Shown here in pieces: positions 25,584 to 36,652 of a DNA stretch of 36,849 bases. The stretch comes from Candidatus Methanophagales archaeon (lineage in GTDB: Archaea; Halobacteriota; Syntropharchaeia; Alkanophagales; Methanospirareceae). The DNA is taken from positions 1 through 36,849 of the forward strand of contig JAUWNY010000002.1 in assembly GCA_030612405.1 (NCBI GenBank), written 5' to 3'. The notes under the pieces were generated by a model. That model saw only the letters and a program-made list of their open reading frames with translations. It did no database searches and had not been told where the DNA came from. Every line of letters begins with the position of its first letter. The stretch's first letter is position 1. A program made the translations under genes and the position numbers.

Positions 25584-28500
25584 ATGAGAAAAAGAAAAAG
25601 CATTGCGGGAAAAAAGGATGTGAAACGAGCAATAGTGATGTTTGCAATTGTAATTGCAGCGTTAGCATTGTTCAGCATAATGCCAATGCCGGTCAGTGCA
25701 GATGCACCCGGAAATCCTGGCGCCGGGTGCCACTCGGAAACTAAATACTATGGCACAATCAACGGCGGCATGTACTTCGAGCAATATGGTTTTTTGCAAT
25801 TCCGTTCAATGACCAAGACCTTTGATAATGTGCCTGACGGAATAAAATTTGCTCGTGTGTACACCGGTGTGTGGGCTGGCTCTCCAGGTAAAGGTGGCAA
25901 ATTCAACATTACCATCGCTAATGCCACCAGCTCTTACACCACTACCACATATCAAGCATGTGACCCATGCCCTGGAGAACCATGTGCAGACTATCAATCT
26001 CTGCGATGCGATACGCTGAACTGGTCTGGCAACGTGCCACCGAACGTTCCGTCAGGCGATATACACGACTATGTCACTGGCTGCAACGTCCATTTTATCA
26101 GCTATAATGCAACGCCATATATAACTCCCGGAAGCAACACGATAACAGTTAACACTAGCTGCAGTGATAATTGTACTTGCTGGGACGGCAGGATATACCT
26201 TGCTGCTCTTCTCGTTGTGTATGAGGATGCGAGCATGCCGGAGATTACGTACTGGATCAATGAAGGAGCGCCGTTTATGGAAGATAATAGCACGTGCGAC
26301 GGCCCTGATGACCATCTCAACATTTCTTTCTATTTCAACGGCACACACATAAGCAACCCGGCAAAAGTAAAGTACTGGACGTTGGGTTTCCCGCATGTCG
26401 CTAATGCAACCACGGAGCCGGCATACATGAAACTCAACGGAAACAGCATCGGTGAGTATGACTATATGGAGAAGTATGGTGGATATGAAGTTTTCTACCG
26501 GTGGGACGATATACCACCTGGTTATTTAAACCCGTCAAGCAATCTCTTCTGTTACTCTAACCCAAATCCTTTTTATGAGCGTGTTAACGTTGCTGCGTTG
26601 ATATTGGAAGGAGAATCACCAACACCAACACCCACGCCAGCACCAGCACCAATAACAGAACAATGGAACATGACGTTCGGAGGAGCGGGCGATGATTATG
26701 GCTATTCCGTCCAGCAAACCGCAGACGGCGGTTACATCCTCGCAGGCGACACGCGTTCTTACGGCGCTGGTGATGCTGACGTATGGTTGATAAAGACCGA
26801 TTCAAAGGGAAATGAACAGTGGAGCAGAACCTTCGGAGGAGCAGAAGCAGACCTCCTGGACCGCGGCTCCGTCCGGCAGACCTCTGACGGCGGGTACGTC
26901 ATCACAAGCTACACATATTCTTATGGTGCAGATAATGGCAGCGTCTGGCTGCTCAAGACAAATCAAAATGGAAATGAAGAATGGAACAGGACTTTCGGTG
27001 GAGAGGGTCTTGACTGGGGGCATTCAGTCCGGCAGACTTCTGACGGCGGCTACGTCATTGCAGGACGTATAATTCCTCCTTATGCCGGCGATCGTGCCGA
27101 TGCATGGCTTATACGAACCGATTCAAATGGTGTTGAACAGTGGAACAGGACTTTCGGTGCTGATGGCTGCGAGTACGCCGCTTCCGTTCAGCAGACCGCG
27201 GATGACGGTTACGTCATGACAGGACGCACAACTTCTTTCGGCGCTGCCGAGGCTGACGCATGGCTTATACGAACTGATTCAAACGGTATTGAACAGTGGA
27301 ACAGGACGTTTGGAGGAGCAGGTTATGATTATGGATATTCGGTTCAGCAGACCTCTGACGGCGGCTATGTAATAGCAGGGAGCACTAACGGTCGCCAGGA
27401 CGTATGGCTCATAAAGACGCGTCCGGATGGAACAGAAGAATGGAACACTATTTTTGGTGGTCCCGCAAAGGCAGATGAAGGTTATTCTGTCCAGCAGACT
27501 TCTGATGGCGGATACATCCTTGCAGGCTACACGGAGTCCTACGGCACTGCTGGTTCGGCTGACGTATGGCTTATACGGACAGATTCGGATGGTATTGAAC
27601 AGTGGAACATGACCGTAGGAGGAACGGGACTGGAGAAAGGCTATTCGGTCCACCAGACGGCAGATGGCGACTATATCGCAGCAGGATACACAAACTCTTT
27701 CGGCGCTGGTGGTTATGACCTCTGGCTGATAAAATTATCAACTCCAGTAGTGAGGCAAATTGACCTTCTTACAACTGCTCTCGAAACTCCTTCAACGTTG
27801 TATGCTAATTTAACCAACACGATCAGCGCTACGATAAAGAACAATGGCACGGGTGATGCATCTTCGTTCAACGTCTCTTTAAGTGCTGACGGTAGCCCGG
27901 TAGATGAGGTAGTGGTATCAGGATTAGGTGCTGGCAAGAGCACAGCGGTAAGCTTTTCATGGTCTCCTTCCCGCACCGGCGACTTTGAACTTTGCGTAGC
28001 TGCGGACTGCGACTTCGAGGTAAATGAAAGTAACGAAGGCAACAACGTGCTGTGTAAAAATGTGACTGTCTTGCCATTCGAGATTGACCTTCTTCCCACT
28101 GCTCTCGAAACACAGTCAACACCTTATGCCAATTTCACCAACACGATCAGAACTACGATAAAGAATAATGGCACTGGCAATGCATCCTCGTTCAATGTCT
28201 CGTTAACTGCTGGCGACGTCGTGGTGGATAAGACAGGGGTATCTGGTCTGAGTGTTGGGGAGAGCGTAGTTGTGAACCTTTACTGGACTCCTTCCTACAC
28301 CGGTGACTTTGAACTTTGCGTAGCTGCGGACTGCGACAGTAATATAAACGAGAGTGAAGAAGACAACAATGTGCTATGTGAAAATGTAACCGTGTTGTCG
28401 TTCGAGCATCCATGCTGGAACGACACCTTTGACGACGAAACAAAAATCGCTGAGATGCAGAAAGTGGTCGTGAGCGAGGGTGACGTTAAAATAGACCTCG

Positions 28501-31500
28501 AGAATGTTTCGTGGATATGGGAGTCCAATCCTTTGTTGGTCGCTGGACTTGGAACAGCTAATAATCCTAACCCTGCAATAGCCTTCAACATCACCGGGGA
28601 TGAAAAGTGGAACCTGATAGTTGGCGAAAATTACAAGTATAGTGGATTTTACTGGGATGGCACGCAATGGATTAAAAGTTCTTCCCTGGTATCTGGACTT
28701 GCGTGGCACGCAGGACCCAGCGGATCTATTTCACCGACAATTGCTTTTAACATCACAGGAGATGGAAGATGGAACCTGCTCGCTGGAAAGTATTATTATC
28801 CTATGGTCTATGGATATTACTGGAATGGCATGCAATGGATCGAGAATTCTTCACTGGTCGCTGGACTTGGAGGAGGAGGAGGGTCACCGGAATTAGCATT
28901 CAACATCACCGGGGACAGAAGATGGAACCTGATTAACAGGGCGCGCGGATACTATTGGAATGACAACCAGTGGGTAGAAAACCCGTCGCTGGTCGCTGGA
29001 CTGGGAGGCGAGGTACCGGCAATTGCATTCAACATTACTGGAGACGGAAGGTGGAACCTGATCGCCGGACATAGCAGTGGCGAGTTTCTTGGATTCTACT
29101 GGAATGGAACGCAATGGATTAGTGATCCTTCCCTGGTGTCTGGACTGGGTAACATATATCTTCCCCAATCAGTAATAGCCTTCAACATTACCGGGGAGGG
29201 AAGGTGGAACCTGATCGCTGGAGAATTGGGTGGTGATAACAGAAGATTCTATGGCTATCAGTGGATCGTAGAGAAAGGAAGCATGAAATCAGTTGTGATT
29301 CATTCTGTATCGTACTTCAAGAACTGGACTGTATTTAATGCTAATGCTACTGTGCCAGCAGGAACGGGCATCACCTATAAAATCCTTGACGAGAAGAACG
29401 ACACGATAATGACCGTTACGGACGGGCACGATATCTCAGGCATCACTCAAACTTCTATTAGACTATTCGCTGAATTAACCACCGTGAATCCATCTTACAC
29501 GCCAGTGCTGCACGATTGGAGCGTGAGCTGGGAAACGGGAGAGGTTGACCTCCTGCCAACTGCTATTGAAACGCCGGCAAATTTGTATCCAAATGAAACC
29601 TGGAAGATTAGTGCTGCGGTCAAGAACGATGGCGGTGCTCATTCCGGCGGGTTCAAAGCGGCACTATACGCAAATGATACCGAAGTGGATACAGAATTCA
29701 TTGACGATATACCCGCGGGAGAGAGCACAAGTGTAACATTTGAATGGACTCCAAATCATGTTGGAAACTACAATCTTACGGTAATTGCAGATTCTGATGC
29801 TGCAATAACCGAATCAAATGAGACCAACAACGAGTTGACAAAAGAAGTGTCGGTTCTGCATTCCACTGTGCGGAGGCTCACGTTTGATACTAATTCTTCG
29901 ATTAACCCAGCTATAGCAACGGACAGTGAGGGCAACCTGCATTTAGTATGGAGCGATCCCCGAGACAGAAATGGTGAGGGCTGCAAGTGGCATAATGGCC
30001 ATACGGAATGGATTATATTCTATGATCTCTATTACAAGAAGCTCGCACCTAATGGTATGGTGCTGGTGGACGACATAAAATTGACAGAGTTAGCAGGGAC
30101 ACCCTTATCAGCAGTCAATCCAGCAATCGCAGTTGATTCAAATGATAACGTACATGTAGTGTGGGACAATGAGACGTGGACAGGGATTGGGGTTCTTGGA
30201 TGTACCCACAGCACCAGTCCCTATTATATGAAGCTCGATAACGATGGAAACATAGTGGTAGAACCCAAGCTTATAATTCAACTGCCAGAGTATCAATCTG
30301 TTCCAGCAAGAGGAATAGCAGTTGACCACGACGGCAATTTCCACATCGTGGTGGTTAAATCTCGTGTGGAATATGCAGATGTGAAATATAAGAAGTTAGA
30401 CAAAGAAGGCAATGAACTCCTAAATTATACTGTTGATTGCCAGCCTGGTTCAGATAAGAACTGGGCGTATATGGATGTACTTGATATAGCTCTGGACTCG
30501 GACAGTAATGCCCATATAGTGTACACTAAAGGTCCGTGTGGCTGTTATGGTATGGGGTGTGAGAACTATCCTTGTAGGGGTGTACTAAACTGTCAAGATG
30601 CATGGTACGCAAAGATAGATGACGAAGGAGTGCATCTACAAGACTTAAATGGCGACCTTCCGCTTCCTTCTCTGTATCCATCCGTGTGCGTTGATTCCGG
30701 TGACAACAAGCACGTGATCTGGAGCCAGCATAATGGAAGTGGAAGTGGCGATCTATTAGAAGGGGGCGGCTTCGATTTCTACTACTCCAAGTTCGATAAG
30801 TCCGGTAACAAGGTTATAGATGGCAAGCGGCTAACTTATGAGGATTATCTTCCAGAAGGGTATGCTGATGAAGGAGGTTATTACCTACCTGGTGTTGCTC
30901 ATCCAATCGTTGACACCGAATCCGGCGTCATGCACGTAACATGGTCACGGGAATCAGAGAAAGAGATATATTACATGGCATTTGATACCAGCGGCGATGA
31001 GATAACAAACAAGACCTTGATTTCATTTGAAGATGGAGATTCCTGGGAGCCGGGCATAGATGCATGCTCAGATGGTGCACATCTCGTCTGGACCGATAAT
31101 AGAGACGGCAATAATGAAATCTATTATGCGAGGATGTTTCTTCCGGAAAACCGGGTTTTCATACTCTGCCCGTCGGATAAATGGACACCTCCGAATGTGA
31201 ATGCAACTTATGCAATTGGTATCATGCACACGATGCCAGGAAGCGAGACATTCGATCTGACACTGGCTAATCTTGACGGTGCAGACGTTGCCGAACTCAA
31301 CAAATCTGCCATAACGCTGAACCCCAATGATATCGGTGAAGTAATCCTGAACGTTACGGATGCCGTTTTAGGTGATTACCGGGTGAAGGTAAACGTGGAA
31401 TCGCAATCAAACCCGGGGATAAATACCAGTGCAATCATAACCACGAGCGTTATTACGCCAAAGCATGATTTAGTCATAACGGCAATGGATGCATATCACA

Positions 31501-33236
31501 ACAACACTGCCGAATCGCCCTGGTTCAACCTATCAAACGAGGTGGACGTTGAGGTGAAGAACGTTGGTACTGCCGATGCTGGCGCGTTTAACGTGAGTTT
31601 GTATGCAGACGGTGAATACGTTGATAAGAAAAGGATATCAGACTTAGGAACCGGGAGTTCTACAATCCTGCAGTTCAAGTGGACTCCGGTTGGAGCGGAC
31701 TGCTTCAAGGACTGCTCCTTCACCGATACGTCCCGGGACTACAATCTCTCCGCGGTAGCTGACTGCGACAACGAAGTGAACGAGAGTGATGAGACGAACA
31801 ACAATTTGACGGAGGTGGAAAAAGCATGCTACAATGGCTACATGGCAGATGAGCCTCTGGAAAACGTTGCACACGGCTTGCTTCATGGCGGGCTACTGTT
31901 CACGACTGGAGATGGAACATACGGCGGTCTGTATAGCCCCGGTGATTCGATAGATACAACCTACGAAATAACGCTTCCAGCGGGTGCATCGGTTGTGCTT
32001 GCACGCCTTAATGTTTACTACACATGGCATTATGAAAAGGACAGTTGTCCCGCGATGGAGGTGAGCATTGATGGAACCATTGTTCCACTTGACGTGAGCT
32101 ACAACGACATCAAATGCTACGGGGCGGCGTGGGTCTTCCCCTGGGGTAACTACGTGTATAACCTGACAGACTACATCCAGGGTAACGGCACTTACACGGT
32201 GACCGTGAAGAGAACAGGGGGTCCAAGCTTCTGCATCGCCGCTCCGGGCATTGAAGTGCTTTACGAAGACGAGACCAGGCCGCTCATAGAATACTGGATA
32301 AATGAAGGAGCAGACGTTCTGATTGGAGGCAGAAGAGGGGATGGCGGACATCTATCTTTAGAAGAGTGCATAAACAACGCAACGTTCCCGGGAAACGTTG
32401 ACGCGGGTAAAGTGGAGAATGCAACGCTCGGCGTGGTGTCGCCGTGGGCTGGAGCAGCATGGACGCCCGGGATGACAAACTACCTGTTCTTCAACGACTT
32501 TGAGCTTGGACAGGGCGTGTATCATGACGAAACGTATGAAGAAGCAATAGGCGGCATATCAATGCACATAGGAAGCACGGGTGCGCAGGTCGGTGTGAAT
32601 CTGAGTGACGTAACGGATTATCTGCTGGCAAGCGACAACCGGGTTGGTCAGGGCGATGACGGCGACAACATGATGCCTTGCAATGCGTTTTTGGTGGTGG
32701 AGTACGGAGAAGAACCACCGCCGACAGCGTTCATGGTCTATGGCTGGGTTAACGACAGCACGGGTGCGCCTGTTTTGAATCCGAATGTAACGATAACAAA
32801 TCTGAACACCGCTGAGGTTTTTATTGCAGAGACGAATGCGAGTTCAAGCTACTATCAGGTTCTAACCACCTCAGAGAATGTAAACGCAGGCAATGTGCTG
32901 CGCTTCTATGCGAGTGACAATGGAAACAAAACAGAGTTCAACCACATGGTTATGCAAGAGGAGATGGATACTGGTGGCTTCGAGCAGAATATAACGGTCG
33001 TGGGTGTGCCAGCAGGAATATGCGGCGACGTTGATGGTAAAGGAGGAGTGACAATGTTTGATGGAAGACAAATATGGATGAACATCATCTACGGCGCCGG
33101 GGATTATCCAATTGCGAATGAATGGGTGGCAGACGTTGATGGTAAAGGAGGAATAACCATGTTTGACGGAAGGCAGATATGGATGAACATCATCTATGGT
33201 GCAGAAGATTATCCGCTGACCTGTAAACCCTTTTAG
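25584..33236 (+). CDS. 2550-aa secreted cell-surface protein: DUF3344 - PT linker - beta-propeller - 2x CARDB - Trp-rich repeats - CARDB - propeller - CARDB - DUF3344 - Ig-like - dockerin
   Basis: Signal peptide; YWINEG motif twice; WNRTFGG...QTSDGGY repeats; ESNExNN CARDB ends; duplicated DVDGKGG(V/I)TMFDGRQIWMNIIYG. Confidence 0.9.
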   Translation: MRKRKSIAGKKDVKRAIVMFAIVIAALALFSIMPMPVSADAPGNPGAGCHSETKYYGTINGGMYFEQYGFLQFRSMTKTFDNVPDGIKFARVYTGVWAGSPGKGGKFNITIANATSSYTTTTYQACDPCPGEPCADYQSLRCDTLNWSGNVPPNVPSGDIHDYVTGCNVHFISYNATPYITPGSNTITVNTSCSDNCTCWDGRIYLAALLVVYEDASMPEITYWINEGAPFMEDNSTCDGPDDHLNISFYFNGTHISNPAKVKYWTLGFPHVANATTEPAYMKLNGNSIGEYDYMEKYGGYEVFYRWDDIPPGYLNPSSNLFCYSNPNPFYERVNVAALILEGESPTPTPTPAPAPITEQWNMTFGGAGDDYGYSVQQTADGGYILAGDTRSYGAGDADVWLIKTDSKGNEQWSRTFGGAEADLLDRGSVRQTSDGGYVITSYTYSYGADNGSVWLLKTNQNGNEEWNRTFGGEGLDWGHSVRQTSDGGYVIAGRIIPPYAGDRADAWLIRTDSNGVEQWNRTFGADGCEYAASVQQTADDGYVMTGRTTSFGAAEADAWLIRTDSNGIEQWNRTFGGAGYDYGYSVQQTSDGGYVIAGSTNGRQDVWLIKTRPDGTEEWNTIFGGPAKADEGYSVQQTSDGGYILAGYTESYGTAGSADVWLIRTDSDGIEQWNMTVGGTGLEKGYSVHQTADGDYIAAGYTNSFGAGGYDLWLIKLSTPVVRQIDLLTTALETPSTLYANLTNTISATIKNNGTGDASSFNVSLSADGSPVDEVVVSGLGAGKSTAVSFSWSPSRTGDFELCVAADCDFEVNESNEGNNVLCKNVTVLPFEIDLLPTALETQSTPYANFTNTIRTTIKNNGTGNASSFNVSLTAGDVVVDKTGVSGLSVGESVVVNLYWTPSYTGDFELCVAADCDSNINESEEDNNVLCENVTVLSFEHPCWNDTFDDETKIAEMQKVVVSEGDVKIDLENVSWIWESNPLLVAGLGTANNPNPAIAFNITGDEKWNLIVGENYKYSGFYWDGTQWIKSSSLVSGLAWHAGPSGSISPTIAFNITGDGRWNLLAGKYYYPMVYGYYWNGMQWIENSSLVAGLGGGGGSPELAFNITGDRRWNLINRARGYYWNDNQWVENPSLVAGLGGEVPAIAFNITGDGRWNLIAGHSSGEFLGFYWNGTQWISDPSLVSGLGNIYLPQSVIAFNITGEGRWNLIAGELGGDNRRFYGYQWIVEKGSMKSVVIHSVSYFKNWTVFNANATVPAGTGITYKILDEKNDTIMTVTDGHDISGITQTSIRLFAELTTVNPSYTPVLHDWSVSWETGEVDLLPTAIETPANLYPNETWKISAAVKNDGGAHSGGFKAALYANDTEVDTEFIDDIPAGESTSVTFEWTPNHVGNYNLTVIADSDAAITESNETNNELTKEVSVLHSTVRRLTFDTNSSINPAIATDSEGNLHLVWSDPRDRNGEGCKWHNGHTEWIIFYDLYYKKLAPNGMVLVDDIKLTELAGTPLSAVNPAIAVDSNDNVHVVWDNETWTGIGVLGCTHSTSPYYMKLDNDGNIVVEPKLIIQLPEYQSVPARGIAVDHDGNFHIVVVKSRVEYADVKYKKLDKEGNELLNYTVDCQPGSDKNWAYMDVLDIALDSDSNAHIVYTKGPCGCYGMGCENYPCRGVLNCQDAWYAKIDDEGVHLQDLNGDLPLPSLYPSVCVDSGDNKHVIWSQHNGSGSGDLLEGGGFDFYYSKFDKSGNKVIDGKRLTYEDYLPEGYADEGGYYLPGVAHPIVDTESGVMHVTWSRESEKEIYYMAFDTSGDEITNKTLISFEDGDSWEPGIDACSDGAHLVWTDNRDGNNEIYYARMFLPENRVFILCPSDKWTPPNVNATYAIGIMHTMPGSETFDLTLANLDGADVAELNKSAITLNPNDIGEVILNVTDAVLGDYRVKVNVESQSNPGINTSAIITTSVITPKHDLVITAMDAYHNNTAESPWFNLSNEVDVEVKNVGTADAGAFNVSLYADGEYVDKKRISDLGTGSSTILQFKWTPVGADCFKDCSFTDTSRDYNLSAVADCDNEVNESDETNNNLTEVEKACYNGYMADEPLENVAHGLLHGGLLFTTGDGTYGGLYSPGDSIDTTYEITLPAGASVVLARLNVYYTWHYEKDSCPAMEVSIDGTIVPLDVSYNDIKCYGAAWVFPWGNYVYNLTDYIQGNGTYTVTVKRTGGPSFCIAAPGIEVLYEDETRPLIEYWINEGADVLIGGRRGDGGHLSLEECINNATFPGNVDAGKVENATLGVVSPWAGAAWTPGMTNYLFFNDFELGQGVYHDETYEEAIGGISMHIGSTGAQVGVNLSDVTDYLLASDNRVGQGDDGDNMMPCNAFLVVEYGEEPPPTAFMVYGWVNDSTGAPVLNPNVTITNLNTAEVFIAETNASSSYYQVLTTSENVNAGNVLRFYASDNGNKTEFNHMVMQEEMDTGGFEQNITVVGVPAGICGDVDGKGGVTMFDGRQIWMNIIYGAGDYPIANEWVADVDGKGGITMFDGRQIWMNIIYGAEDYPLTCKPF

Positions 33237-33325
33237 AAAACACTTTCTTTCTAAAAACTTTTTTGCTTCGCAAAAACCTTTACTAAAAATTCGCTTCGCA
33301 GAAAGAACCTGTACTAAGAAAGAAA
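33237..33325. repeat. A/T-rich dispersed repeat, also at 33881-33924 and 34721-34770
   Basis: AAAACACTTTCTTTCT ... AAAGAACCTGT(A/G)CTAAGAAAGAAA. Confidence 0.65.
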
Positions 33326-33403
33326 CCCTTTTTGCAACGCAAAAAGCCTTTACTAAAAGATATGCGTTTTTTGGGAAAGAAAGTTTGTTGGTAAAGCTTT
33401 TCT

Positions 33404-33494
33404 ATAAGCCCTTACAGGGCTTGCGGGTAAACCCTTACAGGGTTTTCGGGGTGGTAGGGGCGGAGCCCCTACATGGGGCAGAGCCCCACAGTGC
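33404..33494. repeat. GC-rich multi-hairpin mini-element
   Basis: AAGCCCTTACAGGGCTT, AAACCCTTACAGGGTTT, GTAGGGGCGGAGCCCCTAC, TGGGGCAGAGCCCCA; related to 25251-25295. Confidence 0.7.
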
Positions 33495-33589
33495 TAAAAG
33501 AAAAAGTGGAGGTGAAAAAGAGAGGAAATGGAGGAAACGAACGTGAAAATGGAAAAAGGAGAAGCTGCTTTTGATGTGGCGAGCTATGG

Positions 33590-33844
33590 TCATGCCTGGG
33601 ACAGAAAGGAATACAAATCAGAAGTTGAGAATACATCTACTACGGATTGCTTCTTGAACGCCTTTTCACCAGACCAGATTGGAAAATCGAACCTTAACGC
33701 TAATGCGAAATATTCTACATCTTTTGGATGTGGAGCGAGTTTTAAATCAATAGCTTTTAGCGCAACCTCTGACCAATCCTCCTCTGGTATCTCTTCTATT
33801 TCCTTCTCCAATTCATTTGGTATTTTAATCACCAATTCCGCCAT
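33590..33844 (-). pseudogene. In-frame antitoxin N-terminus / PIN toxin C-terminus deletion fusion
   Basis: MAELVIKIP...EEDW (paralogous to the 34684 antitoxin) joined to APHPKDVEYFALAL...IWSGEKAFKKQ...VFSTSDL. Confidence 0.78.
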
Positions 33845-34174
33845 TTCTACCACCGCTAATAATATTGGCAATGCATATATAAAACACTTTCTTTCTGAAG
33901 AAAGAACCTGTGCTAAGAAAGAAAATAAAAAGAAAAAAAATGAAGGTGAAGAGATAAAAATGGAAGAGGAAGGTGAAAAGGAGAAAAAAAATGGAGGGAA
34001 TAAGCGTGGGAATAGGAGTAAAAAGTGAAGGAATGGAAAAAGGAGAAGTTGTTTGTGAAGATGCACGATACAAGATGCAAACGCCTATGGCGTAATTTCC
34101 AAATCACAACTGCCAAATCCCAAAATAACAACAGAAGATGATGGCGAATTGTTGATTTCACCGGTGCATAGGGT

Positions 34175-34447
34175 TTATGGTGCGGTCCTACCAAATAGAA
34201 TTTCTAGGGCTTCAGAGGGTGTAATAACTCTATCAGGCAAGCATTCCTTTAATCCCTTATCTCCAGAGAGAATCTTACAATCAAATTTGAGTATTTTATC
34301 CACTCTTTTACCAACCTCAAAGAACAGGAACTCAGGGGCTATAAATTCAAATTTCATGAGAAGCTTGTTTAACTCAAAAACCTTTAAAGGCTTGCCCCTT
34401 CTCATCAGGGCAGAGAATACGACATTAGCGTCAACTATCAGTAGCAT
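34175..34447 (-). pseudogene. PIN toxin with internal deletion
   Basis: LIVDANVVFSAL...APEFLFFE joined directly to CKILSGDKGL; only 90 aa; lacks the helix carrying the third acidic residue. Confidence 0.75.
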
Positions 34448-34453
34448 CTCGAA

Positions 34454-34684
34454 TCACTTCTCAATCTTAAGAAGCCTTTTAGCAATCGCTAAACTTACTT
34501 CGTCTGCTAATTCTTTGGCTTGTTCCTCAGTTAGTTTTGATTTAGACACTATCGATTCGACTTCTCTTATTTCTTCCAGCTCTCTTCTCAGGAATCTTGA
34601 GAATAGCAATTGCCAATCCTCCTTTGGTATTTTACCAAGTTCTATTCCAATATCCTCCGGTATCTTAACAACTAATTCTGCCAT
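34454..34684 (-). CDS. Antitoxin (RHH-like)
   Basis: MAELVVKIPED...SKSKLTEEQAKELADEV; immediately upstream of the PIN gene; TATA about 35 nt upstream. Confidence 0.75.
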   Translation of the reverse strand: MAELVVKIPEDIGIELGKIPKEDWQLLFSRFLRRELEEIREVESIVSKSKLTEEQAKELADEVSLAIAKRLLKIEK

Positions 34685-35272
34685 TTCTACCACCGCTAAT
34701 AATATTGGCAATGAGTATATAAACACTTTTTCTTTTTTGTAAAAAAAGAAAACCTGTGCTAAAAGAAAAAAGTCCCTTTCATTTTAAAGGAAGGGCTTAA
34801 AAGTAATACTTCGAAGATATTTCTCATATCTTGTGTTAATATTTTTAAATATGGTCTTTTGTACTTATACTATTAAAACCAAAAAACTTAAGTAGTATTT
34901 ATATAAGATTATAATGTATTATTTTTTAGCGGCAAAATGAAGCGGAGTATGAGCGATGGAAAAGCAATGGGGAAGAGCAGAGATTTTGGGAAAATATGTC
35001 CCTTACAGGTTCGAATCCCGGAGGGGCGATGGGGAAGAAGGCGAGGTGAAGAAGGTGAAAACAAACTTAGTGGGGTGATGAAATGGGCAAAAGCGGTGTA
35101 ACACGGGCATGCCTATTCCCTATTTAGATAAAAAGCAAAGGGAGCGAAGGGAGAAGATGAGAATAAAAGAAGGAGGTGATGCGAAGAACCTTTCCTTCCA
35201 AAGAAAAAGCTTTTTAGTCAAGGTTTTTATCGCATGGTAAAAAAGTTGTTAGGAGGTGAAAAAAAGAAAAAA

Positions 35273-36652
35273 ATGAAAACAAGATATATAGCAATACCAA
35301 TAGTGGTGATAGCAGTGTTAGCATTAGCATTAGCAGCATTAAGCACGCCGGCGATGGCTTGCACTAATTGCTGCTGCGAATGCGATGTAGAAACGACTGG
35401 CACATGCGCGGGCACATTATGCTCGCACGGCACAAACGGCACGGTTAATGGCACTATATACATAGATGGAAATGGAGAAAGTGATTCGGGAATGCGTCAG
35501 AACGACGTAACTGTGATTTTTGAAGACATACCCGATGGGGTGACTGTAAAATGGGCACGTGTTTACTGGCACATCTGGGGTGGTAATCCAGATTCTGGTG
35601 GATGGACGAACGCAACGTTTTGCAATGCAACCCAGTGCTGGACCGACAATCAGTCTATTCCTGCTTTTAATAATGGTGGTAACCCTGCAACCAATTGCGA
35701 CCATGATGAAACCGATGGGTTTTACATGGGCGGTTCCGGCACACACTGGGTGTACTGGAACGTGACCAATAACGTAAGCACCGGGTCTAATAATATAACA
35801 GTAGATAACACCGACTGGTGGGATGGCAGATGTATGTGGGTGTATATGGTCGCGGTGCTTGAGAATACGACAAAGTACTCGGAAATGCACTACTGGGTCA
35901 ACCAGGGTTATGAGGACCTCGGGGCGACTACCAGCACGACATGGTTCAACGGACCTGTTACTACCGGGAGGAATGGCACGCTGTGGCATCTTGCTCTAAC
36001 TGCAGGCTCGTCCGAAGGGGTATACTTCAATATGCATAAAGTGCATAATGGTATACCGCGGACCACGGTGACGAAAGAGATAATACCAAGCGGTTGGATA
36101 GAGAACGACAATACTCAAAACATGACGTGGGACAATACTGTGAATATCGATCCCTCTGTTCATCCAGTGATGGGGATTTTTATGGACAAGGTGGAGCAGG
36201 ATCTTACGGTCACCGAGATTGACGTTGGCACACCGAGACCAAACCATGCCTCTACGATAAAAGCAACGGTAAAGAATTGGGGCAGTGTTGACATTGATAA
36301 TCAGTTCAACGTGAGTCTATATGCCAACGATGTCTTGAAGAGCACAAAACAAACGGTCGCGTCACTGAATGCAGGCAGCAGCACAGAGGTAAGCTTTACG
36401 GGTGTGAGCCTATCGAAAGGCTGTTACGACTTCAAGGTGATTGCCGACGTTGACGGCGACATACCGGAATCAAACGAGAACAACAACGCAACAACCGTGA
36501 AAGGACAGGTAGGCTACGTCATCGATGTAGAGGACTACGGCGACTTTGACGACCTCGTGACAGAGAGCAGCAGTGGCTTATTGGGAAGCGGTAGTGTTAC
36601 GCACAGCGGAGATACCTACTGTCTCAACAAATTAGTTTTTAGACAACTATAA
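35273..36652 (+). pseudogene. DUF3344 + CARDB cell-surface protein truncated by IS insertion
   Basis: Signal peptide, WARVYW, HYWVNQG, CARDB ending ESNENNN; last residues (CLNKLVFRQL*) are read from IS sequence. Confidence 0.8.

Noticed and set aside
26656-28400. DNA-level direct repeats in the giant gene as mobile or recombination repeats
   Set aside because: Fully explained by in-frame propeller-blade and CARDB domain duplication
33528-34742. Plus-strand ORFs of 166 and 197 aa
   Set aside because: Antisense shadows of TA genes plus low-complexity A-rich sequence
35005-35030. GGTTCGAATCCC resembling a tRNA T-loop
   Set aside because: No acceptor, D or anticodon stems could be built around it
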